64,000 bases of DNA from Octopus vulgaris (GCA_951406725.2 OX597820.1:57164001-57228000); one strand, 5' to 3'; shown: positions 26,560 to 39,290, numbered from the stretch's first letter. Numbers and translations are program-made. Notes: generated by a model from the letters alone, not told the origin.

Positions 26560-27293
26560 TTAGCTTCTACCATGTTTTCAGACAGCTACAGAATCTGGTG
26601 CATGTGTTCTATTTTGTGTCCCTGAGAAGATCTTTGAACACCTTCTGGATCTTGGCCACCAGCTTATTCTTGGTATTGTAGGCAGTGTAGTTGGTGTCTT
26701 TCTCAACTGCATCCAACACATAATAATCTATGGGATTACAACTGAGGGAATTAGGAGGCCAGAAAATGGGGATGGTGAAGTGGAAATTCTCCAACAACCA
26801 CTTCTGATTTTTTTGGATGTATGGCAAGGGGCCGGATCCTGCTGCCACATATATGGCTTTCCAGTAGTTAAACCTCTCCAGTCACGTTTTGACTACAGTC
26901 TCCAGCAGCTTCACATGGCCATCTGAATTGAGTCAAAGGCCCTTTTCAAAAATGTAGTGCGGCATGATGTCACCCAAACACCATCACTATTTGGGGAAAC
27001 TTGGTTTTCATGATGTCCATATCCTGTCCTAGAGTCTTTACACAGTTCACAGAGCATTAAGTAGCAGTCATGATGTCGGCATTTTGACGCCTGGTGCTAA
27101 TCATCATGACACAAGTAACACTTTTCCAATATTCAGATGGCTTCCAGTCTTCCATGAGAGCTAACATTTGCTCAACTACAACATTAATTTTTATGCCCTC
27201 CAGTGCTGTTGAATGTTCACATATATATATCAAGGTGTTCCTGAAGAAAAAAGGTGACATAAAAAGGTGGTTAAATTTAGCCCGAACAACCTG
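26560..27293 (-). pseudogene. Tc1/mariner DD37D (maT-like) transposon remnant
   Basis: WPPNSLSCNPIDYYV motif; terminus TA-CAGGTTGTTCGGGC; internally deleted. Confidence 0.8.
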
Positions 27294-27365
27294 TATACAC
27301 ACACACATTTATACATAAGCATATATGTATATATAATATATATATATTTATATAAAGCATATATG

Positions 27366-27746
27366 GGTGCAGGAAGTGCTGTGTGGTAAGTTCTGGGTTC
27401 AGTCCCACTGTGCGGCACTTTGGGAAAGTGTCTTCTACCATACCCTCAGGCCGACCAAAGCCTTGTGAGTGGATTTGGAAGATGGAAACTGAAAGAAGCC
27501 TGTCTTATATATGTATATGTATATATGTGTGTGTGTATGTTTTGTGTCTGTGTTTGTCCCCCCCACCCCAACATTGCTTGACAACCAATGCCGGTGTGTT
27601 TATGTCCCTGTAACAGCGGTTTGGCAAAAGACACCGATAGAATAAGTACTAGGTTTACAAAGAATAAGTCCTAGGGTCGATTTGCTTGACTAAAGGCAGT
27701 GCTCCAGCATGACCACAGTCAAATGACTGAAACAAATAAAAGAAAA
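27366..27746 (+). mobile_element. SINE family A
   Basis: Head, microsatellite and tail. Confidence 0.9.
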
Positions 27747-27749
27747 AAG

Positions 27750-27780
<31 letters not shown>

Positions 27781-27781
<1 letters not shown>

Positions 27782-29548
27782 TAGCAATGCATCCCGGCAT
27801 TGCCCGGGTGTTATTATCTGTAGCCTCATTGTATTATTTGTTCCTTTCTTATGGGCAGGATCAGCACAGCTGATATATAGTAAACTGGATTGCTGGCATA
27901 ATGGAAGACATTGTTTGTCTAAAAATGAAGTGGGGTGGTGGGTACAATTTGCATGGGTTTGCATGAAAGTGCTTTCTGTTTTGAAGAAAGATCACAAACT
28001 ATGTATTGTTTCATCGTATAAAGTGGGGTTAATACAATTTTGCCCAGAAATCATGTTTACAAAATTTTTATTCTTCCACCACCTCTGTCCCCACTGCAAT
28101 TTCTTATTTTGTAACTCTTTTACAATTTTCCTTTTTTTTATCCATGTAGAAAAATACAGAGATTTCAAATCTGGGAAATATATAGTTTTTTAAAGTTTAA
28201 TTTTTCTTAAAGAGACACTCAATGCCCCTTCCCCTACCTCACCTCTCCATCACCTACCCACTTTCAAAAACCTAAAAACACCCAATGTTTCACTTTCATT
28301 TGATGTTTCATGCCCACATAGAATTGTGCTGAAATTGTATGTAAAATTGTACTGAATTGTATGTAAAACTATTAGAGCACCACCAGAAAACCCAACATGC
28401 TAGAAACAATAGGTAAATGACATTATTTTGGAAGAATCTTGCCTGCTTTCCAAAAAGCTAAAAGTAAAACATTGGGACTTTGTGGATTTTTGAAAGTGAT
28501 GAGGCGATGAGTGGATGCTTGGGAAAAAGATTTTAGTGTTTCTTTAAGAAAAAAGAAAGAAGAAAATTCTGAAAGATTTGTACTCTCTGTTTTCTTCTCT
28601 GTGGATTACTAAGAAAAAAAATGTTTTGGGGGCAAAATTCAAATATTCAGTATTGAAAACATGGAAGAAATTTAGGAAAAAATCAGGTGGATAAAGGACA
28701 GGATTTTGGGGGGAGAACTTTCTTTTAAATTTATATTAAAGATCAAGTTTTTAAATACACTCATCACAAACAGGAATTATAGAATAGAAAAGGCGATTTC
28801 AATTGGATTTGAGCTGTAATTTTGCGCATGCACATAGCAAGAGATAACAATTCATACAGAAGCTTTAACTAAAGTGTGTGTGAGTGTATGTGTGTGTTGA
28901 AGAGAGCAGAAATTGAAAGAGAGGATAAAGGAAAAAGGTGACATTTGTTTGAAGTGAGAGCAGAAAGTGAAAAAGAGGAGAAAGTGAAAGATGTATGTTT
29001 GAGTTCGTTGGTAATGTTTTAATAAATCTTAATACAGTGATTTGAAAACAAATATAGAAAGACTATACCTTTCACTTGTTTAACATCTGTTGTTGGACAT
29101 ATTGTAAAAGTTTGACTGAGTATACAATAGTTAATTTACTAAAGCGTATGTGTTAAGTGATACAAAGAAATAAAAGAACGAAGTATTAAAATTCTGTCTC
29201 TCCTGCTCTATCTCTGTCTATCATTCTCTCTGCCTGTCTCACATTCCGTGTGTGTCTATCTCTTCCTGTCTTCTCCCCTTTCCTGATATCAGCCACCTTC
29301 ATTATGCCACATTTCTCTGAACCTAGCACTTTTGCACCCCTCTTATTTTAACATGTAATAGCCCAACCCTCATAGTCAGTCCATAACCAATTGTTATTGA
29401 AATCCAATTAGCCTATAATTGAACTGGCTGTTAGTTCAGCATATATACGAAGTTTATTGAAGATTGGATCACTGGTTTGGGCAGTAAGATGGTAACAGAC
29501 GAACGGACAGACAGATAGACAGACAAAAATTTCCATTTATATGATTGA
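27781..29548 (-). mobile_element. Non-autonomous Helitron
   Basis: A|CTAG at 27781 with hairpin CCCGGCATTGCCCGGG; the far end has (AGAC)n plus TTTATAT as in the other copies. Confidence 0.65.
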
Positions 29549-29604
29549 TTGATTCTAGTTTCAGCTCACGAGCTGTGGCCATGCTGGGGCACCGCCATAT
29601 ATAG

Positions 29605-29790
29605 ATAGATAGGTTTAAGAGCAACTCAATCATCATTGAATGACATTATCCACAATAGGTGCATATATTAAAATTAAGGTATTAATTTTGATAATTTTAA
29701 TATTTAGTCCTATATGTACATATTGTGGATAATGTCATTCAATGATGATTGAGTTGCTTGAGGGTGATTCTGTCTCTTAAACCTATCTAT
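29605..29790. repeat. Compound inverted repeat
   Basis: Arms 29621-29667/29711-29757 (near perfect) plus outer arms 29605-29621/29774-29790. Confidence 0.9.
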
Positions 29791-29918
29791 TTATATGTAT
29801 ATAACACAATAAGTAATTCATTTTAGTACCACTAAATTGAACTTCTCTCCTCTGCTGTGGACTTGGAAATAACTTCCCTAATATTAATATTAATTATATA
29901 TAAATGTATATATATATA

Positions 29919-30510
29919 TACTTTGATACTTTGATACTTTGATAGGTTTCGGCCATTATTGGCCCAGGCCATGTCTAACTTAATAGCACCACCTGGTGAA
30001 GTCTTTCAAGTCAGAATTTTGGCACTATGGCCCACTCAAGTAGAGAGTTATTGTTTACAGAGACATATCCGGGTGTAGGGGGTTTATCCGGGATTTCTTG
30101 AAGGAATCTGTCCAAAGACTTCTTGAACCCTATAGGGTCAGTTTCTGTTTTAATGTGTTTTGGTGTAATGTTAAAGAGAGCGGGGCCAATTGAGGTGAAA
30201 TAATTGTGCCGTATTGTTGTTATGAGATGAGAGTGCGATTTTTGTTTTGGGCGGATGGCACGGGGCCCAAGCCTTGGATGTACCTTAAAGGTGATGCCAA
30301 CATCATTTGGGCAATGCTGATGGAATATTTTCCACATCATGCAGATGATGTAGCGCTCACGACGACGTTGGAGAGAATAGAGTTTTAGCTTTTCTAGTCG
30401 ACCCCAATAGTCGAGGCCTGTCATGCCATCTATCTTTTTTGTGATTGCCCTTTGAGGTGCTTCAACTTTTATGATACCTTGTATTGTGTGGGGAGACCAC
30501 AGTGGAGACC
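29919..30510 (-). mobile_element. 5'-truncated CR1-group LINE (open C-terminal ORF2 plus 3' UTR)
   Basis: WSPH...[35 protein letters not shown]...GPALFN...FKKSLDRFL; GGCCA/TGGCC stem-loop; (AAAGTATC)n 8-nt tail. Confidence 0.88.
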
Positions 30511-30517
30511 ACATATA

Positions 30518-30567
<50 letters not shown>

Positions 30568-30591
30568 AGTGTATATATACATATGTATATA

Positions 30592-30632
<41 letters not shown>

Positions 30633-31336
30633 ATATATATATATATATATATATACATACATATGTACATACATACATACATATATATCAACTGCATATA
30701 TTCTTATAGATGTATATATATATATATGTGTATATGTCAATATATATACATATATTTATGTGCATGTATCTATATATCCATGTATACAATTGTGTGTGTG
30801 AGTGTGTGTATGCAAAACAGCATTAGAAGTCTTGTGCTTTAATTAGTCAGAGATAAGTGATACAGATTTAACATTTGATCCACTTTATGCAGGTACCAAG
30901 GTGTAATTGTCAGAGTGTTTTACTTTTAGGATGATTCAGCTCATGATTTCTGGATACATCTTCATTCGTCTCTGTAATTTCCTATAATCTGTGATTTTGA
31001 ATTAAAGTAGATCTCTTCAATATATAAGCTTGTTCCAACTGTGTAAAGTTTTTACTGTGTTCCAGTATCGCCAGGAATTTTTGTGTGCTTCAGTATCTTC
31101 AAGAATTTTCACGCACTTTCCATTTTACACTGTAGAGGCCAATTTCCTAAGTGACCAGAGCTAAATCAAGAGCTTACACATGAGCTGCCTTTCAGTGTTC
31201 CTGGGGTTATACAGATAATTATAATAGCTTATTTTAAATTCTCTTTTAGTTATCCCTACATATTATCTTCTTTGGCGTTTAAATGCTTAGTAGATACCAA
31301 CTTTTTCTGAAGATATTTTCTGCGTTTTAATACACA

Positions 31337-31374
<38 letters not shown>

Positions 31375-31392
31375 CATACACACACGCATGCA

Positions 31393-32629
31393 TCTATCTC
31401 TTATTATAAAAGGCAGATTTTATCTGCCTCCCTTTGGGAGTTATACAAATCTACAATATAGGATTTCTTCAATTACAATTTACCTAGCATTTTTAAGAGT
31501 ACAATGCATCGCGTCATGCCAGGTCCAGTTTTTAAAATTTAAACTCCAATTAAGCAAAATTTACAGAAAACTCACATTCTGGTGTGTGTGTCAAATGCTT
31601 TTCTTAGTCTGGTTTACACCACACGCAAACGCACACACACAGTGTGCGACGAATAAAATGAAAGTAAATAGCGACAGAGTGATTTGAGGAAGACTAAAGT
31701 GAAAGTATTTAAACCACTACTCAAAAAATAAAAAAACACAGCAAACAGAAACAAATAAATACACAATTTCTTCAATTAGAGTTTACCTAAGATTTTTCAG
31801 AGTACTTCAGTGGGTGATGCCATAAAAAATTTCTTTCAATTTTACCACCAATTAAGACAAAATTCGAGAAAACTCAATATTTTAACATATCACTCCGAAA
31901 GCATTGATGTACATGTGTGCGTGCGTGAGTGTGTGTGTGTCATTCCTCACACACACGCATACACAACTACATACAAACACGTGTGTGTTTGTTATTAGTA
32001 AAAAAGGCGCCAAATCACAACTCACTTATCATTCCAATACATTTGCAAAGACACACGGACGGACAGAAAAGGTAAGTTGGTTTTTATTTTACTCATTTCC
32101 TATTGTGTTTTCAAAATTTGTAATTCTGACAAAAAATGGATACGAATTTCATTATATCAAGCAGCGAGTCAGAATTCGAAGGATTTTCTACTGAAGACCT
32201 TCATAAATCTAACTCTATGACTGAAAAAAAAAAGCATCTTTATATAAGAGTGAAGTTGTGTGTCTGTCTCCTACGATTTAGATTCCTAACTACTCCCACA
32301 TTTTGCGGTGCAGTTTAACCAAAAGCGGGTATCTTATAGTCGTGATTCATATCGAGCCCTTCTGGGTATTAGCGTGCGTCTACGATGAGTCTCCGATTTA
32401 AAAAAAATTTACCATCATATTTTTCCATTTTAATGCATTTTTTCGCTTTTATATAAGGGAAGTAACTCTCTAAAAATATCTACGATGTGTCAACGATTTA
32501 AAAAAAATTTACCTTAATTTTTTTTCAATTTTTAATGCATTTTTTTGCTATTTTTTGGCTATAACTCTCTAAAAATGCTTATATAGTTATTTCCCTTACA
32601 ATCCGAGCAACGCCGGGCGATAATGCTAG
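31393..32629 (+). mobile_element. Composite non-autonomous Helitron
   Basis: A|TCTATCTCTTATTATAAAAGG start, second start near 32237, 3' CCGAGCAACGCCGGG...CTAG|T. Confidence 0.78.
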
Positions 32630-34151
32630 TATATATATAAAACAGATGTCTGTGTGTCTGTCTGTGTATGTGTGTATGCTCTATATGCATTTCCCCATTT
32701 CTCAATCGATTTCTCTCAAACTTGACACACTGATAGCTTATGCTCCAAGGGTGGTCATGACTTACTTTATATTATCTAGTACCCTAGCATATAACCAAAA
32801 ACTATGAATAACTGTTCAGAAAACCAGTTTTTGCTCATAACTCCCTGTTTTTTTGAGTGATTTCCTCCAAATTTGACATGAACATTACTTATGACACAAG
32901 AATTGTTAAGCTTAAAATTTTTGTCAAGATCATCCACATTAATTGTGAAAAATCTGCGAATAACTGTGTAAAAATCGTTTTTTTGCTAATAACTTCTGTA
33001 GTTTCCAACCGTTTCTCTCCAAATTTGGCACAAACATTAGTCATGCTTTAAGAATTGTTTTAAACTTATGTCTTTGTCAAGTCAATCTGCATTGAATGGG
33101 AAAAGCCTGTGAATAAATGCGTAAAATTCAGTTTTTTGCCAATCACTTCTGCAGTTCCAAAACCAATTCGCTCAAAATTTGGCAAGAATATTACCCATGC
33201 TTAATTGACTGTTTTACAATAATGTTTTCTCAAGTTTATTTGCATTAAATTTACTACTTGCTGGATTAAACTTGATTTTTTTTTGCTTACAACTTCTGCC
33301 ATTTACTCATACCCCAAGGATTGTGGGGCAGTTTTACCTTGCTGATTTAATCTGCGTACATTAGTGTTTACTTAACCCCAACCCTATTATCACTTATGGT
33401 CATGATGTCCTCTGCTTCAGCACAAATTTTCTTTAATTACCCTCCGCTCATGGTGTGATAATATGGGGTGAACTGCAAGCAAGACCTTTGACACTATTAA
33501 TACACACCCCATTTTTTTGATCTATGTACCTTAATGTTTACTTAAACCCTCCCCCCTATTATCACCTATGGCCATGATGACTTACCCCACTTCAGCCTCT
33601 TATTTGGTGTGAATGACTGCTTTTACCACATCCTCAGTGTTTACTCACTTCCCCTCCTGCCCCCCCTCCCCATTATCGCACTGCCCCCTCTTCAACATCA
33701 TTTTCCTTAATGACATTATGTCAATGGTCTGCCAATAAGGGGTGAACTGTGAACATGACCTTTGACCTATGCACGTGAACACTATTGATTGTCCACTGTA
33801 ATGAGCCCATCCAATTAATTCCTTGACTGAATTTCATTGATGGAACACTGTTCACATGCTCATACCAGTGTCAAATCATAATTATTGATGTGCTTTTGTG
33901 CACGTCTGAAATGTGCTTCGGCTGACTGGTTAGGCCCACCATTTGACGTACATTAATTACTGCTATAACCTCATACTTCCTGTTGAAATTTTTCGGTGTC
34001 CCCATACTCAATTAAGTTATCTCCTTCATACTGATACCACCTACCAGTTTTAGCATATGTGTCATTAAAAAATATCGTATTCAGTGTCTTTGTGTCCACA
34101 TAGTTAACTGTCTGTCCTTGTTTACCCCTTTTTTGAATAATACGTTTAGTA

Positions 34152-34376
34152 CTCTTTTACTTGTTTCAGTCATTTGACTGTGGCCATGCTGGAGCACCGC
34201 CTTTGGTCGAGGAAATCGACCCCAGGACTTATTCTTTGTAAGCCTAGTACTTATTCTATCAGTCTCTTTTGCTGAACCGCTAAGTTATGGGGATGTAAGC
34301 ACACCAGCATTGGTTGTCAAGCGATGTTGGGAGGACAAACATAGACACACAAACACACACACACACACACACACAT

Positions 34377-34419
<43 letters not shown>

Positions 34420-34592
34420 CACATATATACGACGGGCTTCTTTCAGTTTCCATCTACCAAATCTACTCACAAGGCTTTGGTTGGCCCGAGGCTATATTAG
34501 AAAACACTTGCCCAAGGTTCCACACAGTGGAACTGAACCGGGAACCATGTGGTTGGTAAGCAAGCTACTTACCACACAGCCACTCATATGCC
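34152..34592 (-). mobile_element. SINE family A, full length
   Basis: Head, microsatellite and tail. Confidence 0.92.
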
Positions 34593-34695
34593 TATGTAGG
34601 TTCACTTTTATATATTGTGCCAAATTCGTTTTTCAGTGTCCCCTTTTACCTGTTTTCTAAGACTCGCAATTCAAACATAATATAATATTACTGCC

Positions 34696-34878
34696 ATGCC
34701 ACCAAAGAAAAGAGCGCACGTTGGTCATAAAACAGAGTCTGTTTCAGCTGTCAAAAGAAGGAGGGTGAGCCATGTTTCTCTCATGTTGAATGCTCCAGAG
34801 TTGGAAGCAAACTAAATATATTCATACTTGCTCCTAATGGCAAAACAAAAAGATGTGGTCTACAGACAGGTGCTGTAG
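34696..34878 (+). pseudogene. Helitron RepHel remnant (basic N-terminus fused to the Pif1 helicase C-terminus)
   Basis: MPPKKRAHVGHK... then EPCFSH-VECSRVGSKLNIFILAPNGKTK-DVVYRQVL*, matching the Helitron end pattern PCFSHGQLYVACSRV...T.NVVY.EVL. Confidence 0.8.
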
Positions 34879-35360
34879 CCACTTCATGTGCAATCTGCTT
34901 TCAAATTCGTGAACCTCGGTGCCTCCACTTCACCAGTGCAACCTTGCAGACCTGATATGTGGTAGGTGGGTGCTACTGTAGTCATGCTTTCAAAGTTACT
35001 AACTTTCTTTAACCATGTTTCTTTTCCTTTGTCCAACCTTGATTTGTCATCTGTTTTCACAGAGTTTCACATGTCACAGCAACAGTTCCATTGCATTTGG
35101 TGTAAACGAAAAAAAGGCCCTTTCAGGGCCACTTTACATATGATTGTTACACCACCTGAGAATGTATTACAGCCCTTTTCAGGACTTTGTATCAAACTGT
35201 TATCATTTGGCTTCAGTGTTACATGACAACCAATTTTGTTACAATTTGACGTTAACATTATTTATGATATAGGAAATCTACTAATTATCAAAAACATTGT
35301 AGTATTTGAATCCTGAGCGACCTTAGGGTATATATATATATGTATATATACATGCATATG

Positions 35361-35580
35361 TACGAGGGCATGCTGAAAAATTCCTAGCTTTGGATAAGGG
35401 AAAATACAGGGGGATCAGTTAATTATGATTTTATTCAACATATCCTCCTCCCAGATTCCCACACTTATTGCAGTAGTGCTTCATTTGTCTAAGCCCCATA
35501 AAAAAACTAGAAAGTTTGGGCCCCCAACCAGGCTTTTCACGACGCCCTCAAAGCCAGAAACTTTTCAGCACTTCCTATTA
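35361..35580. mobile_element. Mariner-type MITE
   Basis: TA-CGAGGGCATGCTGAAAAATTCCTAGCTT versus inverted AAGCCAGAAACTTTTCAGCACTTCCTA-TTA. Confidence 0.65.
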
Positions 35581-36052
35581 TATGTATATTTACATATTAC
35601 ATTTAAGTGAATCGTCCAACCTCGCTACGCCTACCTTCCTTCTTGCACTTATTCTTATTCTTTCTCTATTCTTCAATTTCCATCTCATTGTATTGTCCCT
35701 CATTCTTTCAGTATTCCCTCATTACCCTGTCTAGCTCAAACATTTTTTTTCGTTTAGACTTGTCTACAGGTTCATAGCCACTCTGATTTTTCAATTTTTC
35801 GTTTAGTGTTGTCTCCCGATTCATACAAACCCATTTGCTAGCTCATACGATTAACAGAACCTCTTTACTCAGCTACGGTGCACCCGCCCTCCCACCCCTA
35901 ATACGCATGCCGGAAGTTCCTATTCTCTGCCATTCCGGGGTTGCTTCCCATGAAGACTGCAAATGCTCTCACCATCCCTACCCCTCCCTACCCCTAGTCT
36001 CGACCTATGTAAGGTAATGTTCATACAGTGCAAAATATGAAAGGCTAGCGTT

Positions 36053-39000
36053 ATGCAGGTTGTACTGAAGGCTACTTTACTACTTCATTTCTTGCACATG
36101 AATTCTGCCAAATGCGAGCTTTCTTTTCAGGTACACGAAGCTACTGTCCACCGTCCCAGGGTCTCTAGAGCCCATGCCTCCCACACCCTCAGGGTTGGCA
36201 CCCTCAACGTTGGCACTCTGAAAGGTAGGTCTGGTGAGATAGTTGAGATGCTTGAACGGAGATGTGTGGATATATGTTGCATGCAAGAAATAAGGTGGAG
36301 AGGAGGATCAGCTAGGTTCCTCACAGGCAAGGAACGCAGGTACAAGATTTTCTGGGCAGGGAACACTGACGGGGTTGGTGGCGTGGGTATACTTATCGCT
36401 GAGAAATGGGTAGATAAACTAATTGAGGTAATCAGAGTATGTGACAGAATACTTAAGATTAGATTAGTGCTTCATCATAGTTTAGCAACCATTATATCAG
36501 CCTATGCTCCTCAGTCGGGGCTACCCGATGGACAGAAAGACCGATTCTATGACACTCTACTGCAGACTACCTCGTTGACGAACGACAGAGACCTTATCTT
36601 TGTGGCTGGTGACTTCAATGGTCACGTTGGACGACATGCTGGGGGCTTCCATGGCGTACATGGAGGCTATGGCTATGGCTCCCGCAACGAGGAGGGAACC
36701 AGGCTGCTGGAGTTCTGCGATGCAAATAATCTTATGATTTGCAACACTAACTTCAGGAAACCTACCAGCCACCTAGTCACTTACCAATCGGGCCAACATA
36801 CCAGCCAAATTGACTACATCCTTACAAGGCAAAGGGAGAGATGGCTGCTAATAAATGCCAAAACCTTCCCAGGTGAAGAATGTACCCCACAACATAGACT
36901 GGTAGTTAGTGACTTTAGGATCAGGACTAGGAGGACAACCAGAAGACGACAAATATGGAGAAGAAGGATCTGGAAGCTTAAAGATCCTGCAAATGGACAG
37001 AGATTTAGGGACATATTACTTGAAGCCTCTGACGAAGTAGAAGGGGATAGAGCATCACAGGGGGTAGAAGACAGCTGGACGTTTCTAAGGGACAACCTGC
37101 TGAGAGCCACTGACCAGATCTGTGGCTGGTGCAAAGTCCCCTCTCGACCTAGAATAACGTGGTGGTGGAACAATATTGTAGACAGGGCTATTAGAGAAAA
37201 GAGACAGGCTTGGAAGGTCTGGAAAAATGGGGGTAGCAGGGGATTGTATCAGACTGCCAAAAGAGAAGCTAGGAGACAGGTTTATTTAGCCAGAGGGGAA
37301 GCAGATAAGAAAAAATTTGCCAATGTTCTGCGCTGTGAGGACCAAAGACTGGAGGTGTTTCGTGTTGCAAGACAGTGTGTGAGAGAGAATCGTGATGTGG
37401 TAGGAGAGAAGTGTGTTCGCATGGAAGATGGTTCACTTGCGCTAAATGAGGATGCAAAGAGAGAGGTTTGGAGATGCCACTATGAAAGGTTGCTGAATGA
37501 AGAAAATGAATGGGATAAAGAGAGTCTGCCGAATGTTGACCCAACAGAGGGACCAGCTATCCGAGTTGATAGTTCCGTGGTAGCTAAGGCAATTAGAAGC
37601 ATGAAGACAGGGAAAGCCCCAGGCCCATCAGGAATCACTGCAGAGATGCTCAAAATGTCTGGTAGTGTCGGCTATAGCCTAGTCACCCGTATAGTTAATC
37701 AGGTGATACACAAAGGGGTCATACCCAATGACTGGTGTAGCAGTATAATAGTCAACTGCTACAAAGGTAAAGGTGATGCCCTAGATACAAATAACTACAG
37801 AGGTATCAAGCTGTTGGACCAGGTGATGAAGGTTACGGAGAGGGTCATAGCCCAACTAATTAGAGAGAGAGTTAGTTTAGATGAGATGCAGTTTGGGTTT
37901 GTGCCAGGGAAAAGTACTACTGATGCTATATTCCTGGTAAGGCAGCTGCAGGAGAAATACCTAGCCAAAGATAAGCCCCTGTACCTGGCTTTTGTTGACA
38001 TGGAGAAAGCCTTCGACAGGGTCCCCCGATCCCTTATCTGGTGGGCAATGAGGAAACTAGGGATAGATGAATGGTTAGTGAGAGCTGTGCGGGCCATGTA
38101 TAGGGACGCCGCTAGTAGGGTGAGGGTTGGAAATGTGTACAGTGAAGAATTCCGGGTAGAGGTAGGAGTCCACCAAGGCTCAGTACTCAGCCCCCTCCTA
38201 TTTATCATAGTCCTCCAGGCAATAACGGAGGAATTCAAGACAGGATGCCCTTGGGAGCTCCTCTATGCTGATGACCTTGCTCTAATTGCTGAGTCGCTAT
38301 CAGAACTGGAGGAGAAGTTTCAGGTGTGGAAACAAGGATTAGAATCGAAGGGCCTCAGAGTCAATCTAGCTAAAACCAAAGTCGTAATCAGTAGGAAGGT
38401 AGACAAATCACAAACACCTTCAGGTAGATGGCCCTGCTCGATCTTTAGAAAAGGTGTAGGTAGAAACTCTATAAGATGCACCAAGTGTAAGCTATGGACA
38501 CATAAGAGATGCAGCAATGTCAAAGGAAGGCTAACTAGGAAGATGGTTTTTGTATGTGGCAGATGCTCAGGAACAATAAACACTGAAAATGCTCTGAGAC
38601 CAACTTCCGTCACTTTCCAGGGAGAAAAACTAGAAATAGTTGATAGTTTCCGTTACCTAGGTGACCAAGTCAGCAGCGGGGGCGGGTGTGCTGAAAGTGT
38701 AACTGCTAGAGTAAGAATAGCTTGGGCAAAGTTCAGAGAGCTCTTACCTCTGCTGGTGACAAAAGGCCTCTCGCACAGAGTGAAAGGCAGACTGTATGAT
38801 GCGTGTGTACGAACAGCCATGCTACATGGCAGTGAAACATGGGCCGTGACTGCTGAGGATATGCGTAAGCTCGCTAGAAATGAAGCCAGTATGCTCCGAT
38901 GGATGTGTAATGCCGGTACTCACACTCGGCAGAGTGTAAGTACCTTGAGAGAAAAGCTGGACCTAAGAAGCATCAGTTGTGGTGTGCAAGAGAGACGTTT

Positions 39001-39220
39001 GCGCTGGTATGGTCATGTGGCGAGAATGGATGAAGATAGTTGTGTGAAAAAGTGCCACACCCTAGCGGTTGAGGGAACCTGTGGAAGAGGCAGACCCAGG
39101 AAAACCTGGGACGAGGTGGTGAAGCACGACCTTCGAACTTTAGGTCTCACTGAGGAAATGACTAGAGACCGAGACCTCTGGAAGTGTGCTGTGCGCGAGA
39201 AGACCCGGCAGGACAAGTGA
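36053..39220 (+). CDS. RTE LINE ORF: APE endonuclease, reverse transcriptase and PHD-like zinc finger (1055 aa, uninterrupted)
   Basis: TLNVGTL, MQE, AYAP, GDFNGH, IDYIL, PQHRLV (APE); KAPGPSG, YRGIKLL, QFGF, FVDMEKAFD, GVHQGSVLSP, YADD (38264-38275); RRLRWYGH, RGRPRKTW. Confidence 0.96.
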   Translation: MQVVLKATLLLHFLHMNSAKCELSFQVHEATVHRPRVSRAHASHTLRVGTLNVGTLKGRSGEIVEMLERRCVDICCMQEIRWRGGSARFLTGKERRYKIFWAGNTDGVGGVGILIAEKWVDKLIEVIRVCDRILKIRLVLHHSLATIISAYAPQSGLPDGQKDRFYDTLLQTTSLTNDRDLIFVAGDFNGHVGRHAGGFHGVHGGYGYGSRNEEGTRLLEFCDANNLMICNTNFRKPTSHLVTYQSGQHTSQIDYILTRQRERWLLINAKTFPGEECTPQHRLVVSDFRIRTRRTTRRRQIWRRRIWKLKDPANGQRFRDILLEASDEVEGDRASQGVEDSWTFLRDNLLRATDQICGWCKVPSRPRITWWWNNIVDRAIREKRQAWKVWKNGGSRGLYQTAKREARRQVYLARGEADKKKFANVLRCEDQRLEVFRVARQCVRENRDVVGEKCVRMEDGSLALNEDAKREVWRCHYERLLNEENEWDKESLPNVDPTEGPAIRVDSSVVAKAIRSMKTGKAPGPSGITAEMLKMSGSVGYSLVTRIVNQVIHKGVIPNDWCSSIIVNCYKGKGDALDTNNYRGIKLLDQVMKVTERVIAQLIRERVSLDEMQFGFVPGKSTTDAIFLVRQLQEKYLAKDKPLYLAFVDMEKAFDRVPRSLIWWAMRKLGIDEWLVRAVRAMYRDAASRVRVGNVYSEEFRVEVGVHQGSVLSPLLFIIVLQAITEEFKTGCPWELLYADDLALIAESLSELEEKFQVWKQGLESKGLRVNLAKTKVVISRKVDKSQTPSGRWPCSIFRKGVGRNSIRCTKCKLWTHKRCSNVKGRLTRKMVFVCGRCSGTINTENALRPTSVTFQGEKLEIVDSFRYLGDQVSSGGGCAESVTARVRIAWAKFRELLPLLVTKGLSHRVKGRLYDACVRTAMLHGSETWAVTAEDMRKLARNEASMLRWMCNAGTHTRQSVSTLREKLDLRSISCGVQERRLRWYGHVARMDEDSCVKKCHTLAVEGTCGRGRPRKTWDEVVKHDLRTLGLTEEMTRDRDLWKCAVREKTRQDK

Positions 39221-39290
39221 GTCCATAACCCGTGGCCTTCTACATGGGATGGAGCCGGCCTACGTATGCATACCTTCCCTTCTTGGGACA

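Larger units (their letters stand above)
32631..35330 (+). mobile_element. Helitron deletion derivative with internal ~150-bp tandem repeats
   Basis: TATATAAAA-(TGTC)n start, degenerate 3' hairpin near 35311, RepHel remnant inside. Confidence 0.6.
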
